Origin: an uncultured Acidobacteriota bacterium
GTDB taxonomy: Bacteria; Acidobacteriota; Thermoanaerobaculia; UBA5066; Gp7-AA6
Assembly: GCA_963764715.1 (NCBI GenBank)
Contig: CAVXTP010000010.1
Span: 222,024 to 286,023, forward strand
Direction of reading: 5' to 3'
DNA length: 64,000 bases
Each line of letters opens with the position of its first letter. Within the stretch, counting starts at the first letter, position 1. This document shows positions 19,601 to 27,118 of the stretch, one piece after another. The notes under the pieces are model-generated. The model saw only the letters and a program-made list of their open reading frames with translations. It did not search any database and was not told the origin of the DNA. Made by a program: the position numbers and the translations under genes.

Positions 19601-20118
19601 CCGTCCTGACGGTCGGCCACTCGAATCGGTCCCTGGAGGATTTCCTGGCGCTCCTCGCGGCCCACCGCGTCGAGTGCATCTTCGACGTCCGGCGGTATCC
19701 CGTCTCGCGCAAGTGGCCGCACTTCGACGCGGGGCCGCTCGAGGCGGCGCTCCGCGCGGCCGGAATCGAGTATGTCGGCCTCCCCGAGCTCGGCGGCCGG
19801 CGCCGGCCGGGGCCGGACTCCGCGCACGTCGCCTGGCGGGAGGAAGGCTTCCGCGGTTTCGCCGACTTCATGGAGACGCCCGAGTTCGAGGCCGGCCTCG
19901 CCCGCGTCCGGTCGCTCTCCGAGGGCGCGCGGGCCGCGCTTCTCTGCGCGGAGGCGCTGCCGTGGAAGTGCCACCGGTCGCTGATCGCCGACGCCCTCGT
20001 CGCGCGCGGCGAGGCGGTCGAAGAGATCCTCTCGGCCGGCCCGGCGCGGCCGCACCGGCTGCCGTCGTTCGCCCGCGTCACGCCGGATGGCCGGCTGATC
20101 TACGACGGAAAGGTCTAA
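19537..20118 (+). CDS. DUF488-family protein (start codon uncertain)
   Basis: TVGHSNRS, DVRRYPVSR, LGGRR, LLCAEALPWKCHRSLIADAL. Confidence 0.85.
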   Translation: MRTGARRPRGPRGARRGGVAVAVLTVGHSNRSLEDFLALLAAHRVECIFDVRRYPVSRKWPHFDAGPLEAALRAAGIEYVGLPELGGRRRPGPDSAHVAWREEGFRGFADFMETPEFEAGLARVRSLSEGARAALLCAEALPWKCHRSLIADALVARGEAVEEILSAGPARPHRLPSFARVTPDGRLIYDGKV

Positions 20119-22217
20119 ATCCGGCGCTTGGCGGCGAGCAGCAGGACATCGCGCTGGCCGGGCGAGACGCCCGCTTTCTTCCAGTCGGCGACGAGGGTGG
20201 CGAATCCCGCGGCCAGGGCCTGCATCTCGCAAGCGCGCGCGAGTTTCTGGACGGCTTTCTCGGGCGACGAGGCCTTGCCCGGCGGCTGGAGCCCGAAAAG
20301 GCCCCGGGAGGCGAGGATGAGGAGGTCGCCCGCGGCCGTCTCGAGGGCCGCCTCGGAAACGCCTCCGGACTCGCGTACCTCGAACGGGACGGCGCGCCCG
20401 AATCGCAGGAGATAGGGCACCGGCGCGCCGTGGGCGGCCATCGCGATCCGGTCGCCGTCCCACCGCGCGGCGGTCGCGGAGATCCCGGGCTCGAGCTCGC
20501 CGGCGCGGCGGACGATCTCCGACGGCGCGGCCGACGGGAGCAGCGAGCGGGCGAGCCGCGAGGCCCGGACGATCGGACCGACCGACTCCTCGAGCTCGCG
20601 CGCGTCCTCGACGAGGAGCAGCGCGAGCGAGCCGGGCCGCGCCTCGACGGCGTAGACGGAGAGGCCGGGCTCCTCGGCGTGCCAGCGCAGCGGCGCGGAC
20701 TCGAAGCCCGGCGTGTCGGGCCAGCTCGTGGGGTTCAGCAGGGGCGAGACGGCCCGGAGAATCGCCGCGGCGCCGTCGCGGCGGGCCTGGCGGACGGCGG
20801 CCTCGTGCTCCCGCACGCTCTCGACGGCGAGGGCCGCGTGCGTTCCGACCTCGGCCAGGAACTCCTCGTCCTCGCGGGTGAAGTTGCGCCGGCGCTTGTT
20901 GAGGACCTCGACGACCCCGACGATCTCGCCGCGGGGCGTTCGCAGGGGGGCGGCCACCATGGAGACGGTCTTGAATCCCGAGTCGGCGTCGACGCTCTTG
21001 TCGAACCGGGCGTCCTCGTAGGCGTTGACCGTGGTGATGACCTGGCCCGTCTTCGCGACCGTCCCGGCGATGCCGCTCCCCACCCGGACGCGGATCGGAT
21101 CGACCGCCCCGCCCTCGAGGACCTGGCTGACGAGCTCGTCCGAGCCCGGCTCGCGCAGGAAGATCGTCCCGCGCTCGGCGTCCGTCTCGGAGATTGCCGT
21201 CTTCAGGATGATGCGGAGCGTTTCCGTGGGATCGAAGGTCTCGGCCAGGGACTTGTTGGCCTCGAGGATCACCATCAGCTTGACCATGCGCGCGCGGGTC
21301 ACGGAAACCTCCGCGAGCACCCGGTCGAGGACCTGGCCCTCGAACGCCGAGATCGCGTCGGACAGCGCGGTGGCGTCGGAGAAGCGGGCTTCCGGGTCCT
21401 TCGCGATCGAGCGCTCGAGGATGTCGCGGAGCTGCGGCGGCAGGTCCGGCCGCAGCGACTCGACCTTCGGGGCCGCCTCCGTGACGACGCGGCGCACCAG
21501 CCGCGCGGTGTCGTCGTCGTCGAACGGCACGCGCCCCGTGAACATCTCGTAGAGCAGGACGCCCATGGCGTAGACGTCGGTCCTGACCGACGGCATTGAC
21601 CCGCAGAGCAGCTCCGGCGCGAGGAACTCGGGAGTCCCCGGGACCGTGTCGCCCTTCTCCCCGGACACGAGGGCCGTTTCGACGGCGATTCCGAAGTCCA
21701 TCAGGCGCGGCTTGCCGTCGTCGCCGACGATGACGTTCTCCGGCTTCAGGTCGCGGTGGAGGACGCCGATGCGGTGCGCCGCCGCGAGCCCGCCGCAGAT
21801 GCCCTTGGCGATCGCGAGCCCGCGCCCCAGCGGCAGGGTGCGCTCGCGCTCTTCGATCTCTTTGAGGGTCTTGCCGGGCAGGTACTCCATCGAGACCCAC
21901 TCCTCGCCGTTGATGTCGACGAGGTCATAGACGCGGCAGACGTTCTCGTGGGTCACCTTGCGCGAGAGGATGATCTCCCGCCGGAGCGTCTCCCGCCGTT
22001 CCGGCGAGACGCGGTCGGGCCGGATCCGCTTCAGGGCGATCTCCTGGTCGAGCCGGAGGTCGCGGGCCCGGTACACGACGCCCATGCCGCCGAAGCCGAG
22101 CACCGCGTCGATCCGATAGCGCTCGCCGAGGACGGTGCCGACGCCGACCGGCTTCTCGCGCGCGGCGGCGCGGGGCGTCGATCCGTCGCGCGGGGGAGGC
22201 GGGCTCTCCTGGGACAA
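20115..22217 (-). CDS. Ser/Thr kinase - GAF - degenerate SpoIIE/PP2C-like fusion
   Basis: GFGGMG, IALK, HRDLKPEN, DFG, APE; GAF (GSGIAGTVAKTG...NAYEDARFD...GVVEVLNK...FTREDEE); SpoIIE-like tail AHGAPVP, GDLLILASRGL. Confidence 0.85.
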   Translation of the reverse strand: MSQESPPPPRDGSTPRAAAREKPVGVGTVLGERYRIDAVLGFGGMGVVYRARDLRLDQEIALKRIRPDRVSPERRETLRREIILSRKVTHENVCRVYDLVDINGEEWVSMEYLPGKTLKEIEERERTLPLGRGLAIAKGICGGLAAAHRIGVLHRDLKPENVIVGDDGKPRLMDFGIAVETALVSGEKGDTVPGTPEFLAPELLCGSMPSVRTDVYAMGVLLYEMFTGRVPFDDDDTARLVRRVVTEAAPKVESLRPDLPPQLRDILERSIAKDPEARFSDATALSDAISAFEGQVLDRVLAEVSVTRARMVKLMVILEANKSLAETFDPTETLRIILKTAISETDAERGTIFLREPGSDELVSQVLEGGAVDPIRVRVGSGIAGTVAKTGQVITTVNAYEDARFDKSVDADSGFKTVSMVAAPLRTPRGEIVGVVEVLNKRRRNFTREDEEFLAEVGTHAALAVESVREHEAAVRQARRDGAAAILRAVSPLLNPTSWPDTPGFESAPLRWHAEEPGLSVYAVEARPGSLALLLVEDARELEESVGPIVRASRLARSLLPSAAPSEIVRRAGELEPGISATAARWDGDRIAMAAHGAPVPYLLRFGRAVPFEVRESGGVSEAALETAAGDLLILASRGLFGLQPPGKASSPEKAVQKLARACEMQALAAGFATLVADWKKAGVSPGQRDVLLLAAKRRI

Positions 22218-22255
22218 AGCAGCGTGATTCTATGGCCCGCACGGGCGGTCTTCCT

Positions 22256-22284
22256 TTGACTTTCCTTCCGCCGAGGTCTAGATT
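22256..22284 (+). promoter_or_regulatory. Sigma70-type promoter for the FadL-like/SGNH operon
   Basis: TTGACT - 17 nt - TAGATT. Confidence 0.55.
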
Positions 22285-22430
22285 CCGGCCTAATGTCCCG
22301 TCACGGAGGTCGCTCCTTCGATTGGGCTTTTCGTCGCGCCGCGACTCCGATCTCGTTGGCCGGTCACTAGCGTGGGAAACGACCGACTCGTCCTGAATCC
22401 GTTTCCAATCAAAGCTGAGGGAGGAGCATT

Positions 22431-23744
22431 TTGAGACAGCGACACCGCGTTCTGGCCCCGCTCTGCCTGGCCCTGGCGGTCGCGGGCCTTCTCGTCACCG
22501 CTCCGGCGTTTCCTTCGGGCTTTCAGGTCATGACCCACGGCGCGCGCGCGACGGGCATGGGCCTCGCGTACGCGGGCGTCGGGGGCGACCCGACGGCGAT
22601 CTTCTTCAACCCCGCGGGCATCGGCTGGATGAATCACTTCGAGGGCTACGTCGGCGCGAACTTCCTGACGCGCACCGAGGGCCAGGTCGACGGCGCCAAC
22701 CCGTACCCCGGCGAGGGCTCGGTCGCCCTGATGCAGAAGAACTGGTACTTCTTCCCCGACGGGTACCTCGTGCTGCCGCTGACCGAGGAGCTCAACCTCG
22801 GCCTCGGCGGTTTCGCGAACTACGGCCTCGGGCTGAAGTGGCAGGACCCGAACGGCAGCTACAACGGCATGTTCATCTCGCAGAACGCGGTGATCCAGTC
22901 GTACGACACCAACCTGGTCTTCTCCTACCGCCTGTTCCCGCAGCTCTCGATCGCGGCCGGCGTCGTCTACCGGTTCTCGAAGGTCCAGCTCGAGCGCAAC
23001 CAGGGGGCCATCAACCCGTTCACGGGGGCAGTCGTCCCGGTCGCGCACGTCAAGCTCAACAGCGACCTGCTCGACAACGGCGGCTGGGGCTGGAACGTCG
23101 GGCTCATGTTCAAGCCCGTCGAGTCGATCTCGATCGGCGCGGCGTACCGGGCGAGCATCAACGTCGACTACGAGGGCGAGGCGACCTTCACGCAGCGGCC
23201 GACGGGCAACCCCGTCCTCGACGCCGCGGTCGCGGCCGCGCTGCCGACCGGCAACCCGCCCGTGACGACCGCGATCGACTTCCCGTCGAGCCTGAATCTC
23301 GGCGTCGGAATCCAGCTCCCGGCCGGCTTCCTCCTCGCGCTCGAGGCGGACTGGACGGAGTGGTCGAAGTTCAACGCCCTCGCGATCAACTTCCCGACGC
23401 TGCCGAGCCGGAACATCCTGCGCATCACGAACTGGTCGGACACCTGGGCCTACCGCGTCGGCCTCGAGAAGTCCTTCGGGGAATGGGCGATCCGCGGAGG
23501 CTACTACTACGACAACACGCCCCAGCCCGACTTCGACGTCAGCCCGCTGCTGCCGGACAACGACCGCAACGTCTACACCGCCGGGTTCGGCTACAACACG
23601 GAGCGCTGGGGCTTCGACGTCGGCGCCGCGTGGATTGCGTTCAAGGATCGGCCGATCCTCACGCCGCCCCAGACCGACAACTACTTCGGAACGTACTCGG
23701 AGACCGGCCTCGTCCTGACGGCCGGCATCCGCCTGGCCCTGTAA
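22431..23744 (+). CDS. FadL/OmpP1-family outer-membrane transport barrel
   Basis: Signal peptide, SGFQ...GARATGMGLA, IFFNPAG, NYGL, TEWS, LPDNDR; GGAGGAG before the TTG start. Confidence 0.9.
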   Translation: MRQRHRVLAPLCLALAVAGLLVTAPAFPSGFQVMTHGARATGMGLAYAGVGGDPTAIFFNPAGIGWMNHFEGYVGANFLTRTEGQVDGANPYPGEGSVALMQKNWYFFPDGYLVLPLTEELNLGLGGFANYGLGLKWQDPNGSYNGMFISQNAVIQSYDTNLVFSYRLFPQLSIAAGVVYRFSKVQLERNQGAINPFTGAVVPVAHVKLNSDLLDNGGWGWNVGLMFKPVESISIGAAYRASINVDYEGEATFTQRPTGNPVLDAAVAAALPTGNPPVTTAIDFPSSLNLGVGIQLPAGFLLALEADWTEWSKFNALAINFPTLPSRNILRITNWSDTWAYRVGLEKSFGEWAIRGGYYYDNTPQPDFDVSPLLPDNDRNVYTAGFGYNTERWGFDVGAAWIAFKDRPILTPPQTDNYFGTYSETGLVLTAGIRLAL

Positions 23745-23757
23745 GGGGAGACAAGCG

Positions 23758-25215
23758 ATGAACCAGAAAACTCTCCGCTCCCTCGCTTTGGCCGCCGGCG
23801 TCTGCGTCCTGGCGGCCGCTCCGGCCCTCGCGCAGTTCGATCACTACGTCGCGCTCGGCGACTCCCTGACGGCGGGCGTCGAGGGCAACTGCCTCGTCCA
23901 GCGCAACCAGGAGAGCTCGTTCGCGGCGGTCATCGCCGGGCAGCTCCACCAGGCGGACTTTCAGCAGCCGCTGGTCCAGGAGCTCGCCCTGACGAGCCCG
24001 CTCGTCGGCAATCCGTGCCTCGGCGCCGTGTTCATCCCGCCGTCCACCATCACGGTCGGCAACATCTCGCAGCAGGGAGCGCCGCTGAACTCGCTGCTGG
24101 CCCGGCCGTACGACAACCTCGGGCTTCCGGGCGCCCATGTCGCCGATCTCATCGACATCACGCATGCCAATCCCAACGGCACCACCGCCGAGCAGTTCGC
24201 GGCGCTCGTGCTGCGTAACGTGCCGGGCTCGCCGTTCGACGGGGCCAACGCCGTCACCGAGGCCAACGCCCTGGCGCCCGACCTGATCACGCTCTGGATC
24301 GGCACGAACGACGTTCTCCCGGCCGCCCTTTCGGGGGTCTTCGTGCCCGGCGTGACGGTGACGCCCGAGGCGGAGTTCAGCCAGGACTACGCGGCGGTAC
24401 TTGCCGCCATCGCGGTCTCGGGCCGGACCATCGTCGCGGGCAACGTACCGGAGCTCACCGCGATCCCCTTCACGACGACGGTTCCGTCGCGGCTCACGAC
24501 CCCGGTCGGCTCCGTGGCGGTTCTCGGGCCCGGCAACGCGACGTATCCCTGCGTGCCGGTCGCGCCGGACCAGGGCTGCCCGGTGCCCGACGGGACCCTC
24601 GTCACGCTGCCGGCCTCGTCCCTGCTCGCCCAGGGCATCGGTGTGCCGGTCGCTCTCGGCGGAACCGGGATCCCGCTGCCGGACGGCCGGTTCACGGGAA
24701 CGGCCGTTGTTCCCGGCGTCCTGCTCTACCCGGATGAGGTGGCGCAGATCACGGCGCTCATCGAGTCGTACAACGCCACGATCGCGACGCAGATCGCGGG
24801 CGTCGGAGGCTTCCTCGTGGATCTCCACGCCGTCTTCGACGAAGTGAGCGTCCATGGCTACGAGATCGGCGGTTTCCTGCTGACGTCGCAGTTCCTGTCG
24901 GGCGGCCTCTTTTCGGCCGACGGCTTCCATCCCTCCTCGATCGGCTACACGATCGCCGCCGACGAGTTCATCGGCGTGATGAACGCGGAGCTCGGGCTCG
25001 AGATCCCGCGCCCGAACCTCAGCACCGTGCTCTTCACCCCGAACGTGCCGCAGACCGGTTCGGGAGTCCGCGACGGCGGCCGCTACCACTACGACCTGGC
25101 GATGTGGGAGAAGCTCCTGACGACCACGAACGCGGCCCGGGGCTATGCCCTCCAGATGCCGGAGACCGACCGGGTTCCGGCCCGCCGCGGTCCCCGCGTC
25201 GTGACCCGCGACTGA
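23758..25215 (+). CDS. Secreted SGNH/GDSL-family hydrolase
   Basis: Signal peptide; blocks ALGDSLTAG, NLGLPGA, WIGTND, DGFHPS. Confidence 0.9.
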   Translation: MNQKTLRSLALAAGVCVLAAAPALAQFDHYVALGDSLTAGVEGNCLVQRNQESSFAAVIAGQLHQADFQQPLVQELALTSPLVGNPCLGAVFIPPSTITVGNISQQGAPLNSLLARPYDNLGLPGAHVADLIDITHANPNGTTAEQFAALVLRNVPGSPFDGANAVTEANALAPDLITLWIGTNDVLPAALSGVFVPGVTVTPEAEFSQDYAAVLAAIAVSGRTIVAGNVPELTAIPFTTTVPSRLTTPVGSVAVLGPGNATYPCVPVAPDQGCPVPDGTLVTLPASSLLAQGIGVPVALGGTGIPLPDGRFTGTAVVPGVLLYPDEVAQITALIESYNATIATQIAGVGGFLVDLHAVFDEVSVHGYEIGGFLLTSQFLSGGLFSADGFHPSSIGYTIAADEFIGVMNAELGLEIPRPNLSTVLFTPNVPQTGSGVRDGGRYHYDLAMWEKLLTTTNAARGYALQMPETDRVPARRGPRVVTRD

Positions 25216-25238
25216 CCCGCGTCCGCCCTGGAATTCCG

Positions 25239-25266
25239 GCCCCGGGGTCGCCCCCCGGGGCTTTTT
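25239..25266 (+). terminator. Rho-independent terminator
   Basis: GCCCCGGGG-loop-CCCCGGGGC followed by TTTTT. Confidence 0.8.
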
Positions 25267-25361
25267 CTTCGGCTCGCGGCCCGGGGCAGGCGGCCGGCCC
25301 CGGCTGGACGGCTCCCGCCGCTTCTGCTAGATTTCGCCGTCTTTTTCGAGGGGTGGTTCCT

Positions 25362-25925
25362 ATGGCGATGATTCCGGCGACTCAGCTTCGGAGCGGCATG
25401 CTCATCATCCACAACGGCGAGCTGCACCGCGTCCACGACATGGTCCACAAGACCCCGGGCAACCTCCGGGGCTTCGTCCAGGCCAAGATGCGCAACGTCC
25501 GTTCGGGCTCGATGAACGAGCACCGGTTCGGCTCGACCGACCGGGTCGAGAAGGCCTCGCTCGACGAGCGGGAGATGGAATACCTGTATTCCGACGCGGC
25601 CGGCCACCATTTCATGGACCAGACGTCCTACGACCAGCTCACGCTGTCGGACGAGGTGATCGGCGAGCAGATGAAGTACCTGCTGCCGAACACCGTCATC
25701 CACGTCGATTTCTACGAGGAGAACCCGGTCGGGATCGAGCTTCCGAACACCGTGACGCTCAAGGTGACCGAGACGCAGCCCGGCATGAAAGGCGCGACGG
25801 CGTCGGCCTCCTACAAGCCCGCGACACTCGAGACGGGCCTCCAGGTGATGGTGCCGCAGTTCGTCGAAGCGGGCGTGCGGATCAAGGTCGACACGCGCGA
25901 CAACAGCTACCTCGAGAGGGCGTAA
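25362..25925 (+). CDS. efp: Elongation factor P (PGN loop variant)
   Basis: HKTPGNLRGFVQAKMRN, MEYLYSD, FMDQTSYDQ, KPATLETG, IKVDTR...YLERA. Confidence 0.95.
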   Translation: MAMIPATQLRSGMLIIHNGELHRVHDMVHKTPGNLRGFVQAKMRNVRSGSMNEHRFGSTDRVEKASLDEREMEYLYSDAAGHHFMDQTSYDQLTLSDEVIGEQMKYLLPNTVIHVDFYEENPVGIELPNTVTLKVTETQPGMKGATASASYKPATLETGLQVMVPQFVEAGVRIKVDTRDNSYLERA

Positions 25926-26009
25926 CCAGCGTCTCGACCGTACGCTATCCCCGAGCGCCGCGGGTATGCTGATTCAGCATAACCCACAGATTCCCAAGGA
26001 CTTTTTTGG

Positions 26010-26038
26010 TTGACGGCCCTCCGGTCCCTTCGGATAAT
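26010..26038 (+). promoter_or_regulatory. Sigma70-type promoter, probably leaderless, for the M23 peptidase
   Basis: TTGACG - 17 nt - GATAAT, with GTG 7 nt downstream. Confidence 0.6.
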
Positions 26039-26045
26039 CCCCTTC

Positions 26046-26972
26046 GTGCGTAAGGCGTCGGTCATTCCGGCGGCTGCTCTGGCCGCCGTTTTCATTTTCG
26101 CAATCCCGTCCTCTTCCGAGGGGAGGAGCGCGACGGCCTCCGGCCACCGCACGGCGTCGCGGAGCGGCGGCGCCCAGGCCCACAAGGGCGCCCACCCGTC
26201 CACGACGACCCGCAGGAAGGCCCGCAAGGCGGGGTCGGGAGCGGCGTCCGTCGGCCGGGTTGCCGTCCGAACGCTCGAGCCCTATGGACCGTTCCTGCCG
26301 CTGGAGGTCGTCGACTATCCCCGTCCGCTCTGCGAGCCGGTCGACGTCGTCCTCGAGGCCCACGTCCACGAGACCGATGCGGAGACGCCCGAGCCGGAGA
26401 CCATCGCGGACGACATGCCCGAGGAGCTGCCCGGGACCCTCGTCCGGGCGGCCCGGAGCTTCGGATCGTTCCTGCGGCCCAAGTCCTCCCAGTCGAGGAT
26501 GCGCCCCGAGGACGTCGATCTTTCGGACCTCATGACGGCCGGGGTCCGGATCCCGGTGGAGGGCGTGGACGCGAGCCGCCTGCGGGACTCCTTCCTGAAC
26601 TCGCGTGGCCGGCACCGGCAGCATCTGGCGATCGACATCGGCGCCCCGAAGGGCACCCCGGTCCTGGCCGCCGCCGACGGCGAGATCGTTCGCCTGCGCC
26701 GCGAGAAGCGGGGCGGCATCTCCCTGTACCAGAAGGACCCCAGCGGCAAGTTCCTGCTGTTCTACTGCCACCTTTCGCGGTACGCGAAGGGCATGAAGGC
26801 CGGGTCCCGGGTCTCCAAGGGCGACGTCATTGCCTACGTCGGAAGCACGGGCCACGTGATCGGCGGGGCCCACCTGCACTTCTCGATCACCCGCATGCCG
26901 GAGGACGACGACAACTTCAAGGCCGGCGTCGCGATCAATCCGTATCTGCTGTTCCTGGCCTCGGTACAGTAG
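26046..26972 (+). CDS. M23-family peptidoglycan endopeptidase
   Basis: HLAID (HxxxD), GTPVLAAADG, YCHL, GSTG...AHLHF (HxH), INPY; N-terminal signal or anchor. Confidence 0.9.
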   Translation: MRKASVIPAAALAAVFIFAIPSSSEGRSATASGHRTASRSGGAQAHKGAHPSTTTRRKARKAGSGAASVGRVAVRTLEPYGPFLPLEVVDYPRPLCEPVDVVLEAHVHETDAETPEPETIADDMPEELPGTLVRAARSFGSFLRPKSSQSRMRPEDVDLSDLMTAGVRIPVEGVDASRLRDSFLNSRGRHRQHLAIDIGAPKGTPVLAAADGEIVRLRREKRGGISLYQKDPSGKFLLFYCHLSRYAKGMKAGSRVSKGDVIAYVGSTGHVIGGAHLHFSITRMPEDDDNFKAGVAINPYLLFLASVQ

Positions 26973-27010
26973 AACCCTGCTCGCGACCGCTTCCAAGGCG
27001 GCTTTTCGAG

Positions 27011-27100
27011 GGGGTCAGGTCTTCATTTTTCGGATTTCAGATCGGGCATCGCTTCAGCTAACGTTGGCCGAAATCCCGAAAAAAGTGAAGACCTGACCCC
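27011..27100. repeat. REP-like long inverted repeat between convergent genes
   Basis: Perfect 15-bp arms GGGGTCAGGTCTTCA / TGAAGACCTGACCCC, extended inward by TTTTTCGG-ATTTC / GAAAT-CCCGAAAAA. Confidence 0.8.
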
Positions 27101-27118
27101 GAGCCCGGCTTCAGCCGC

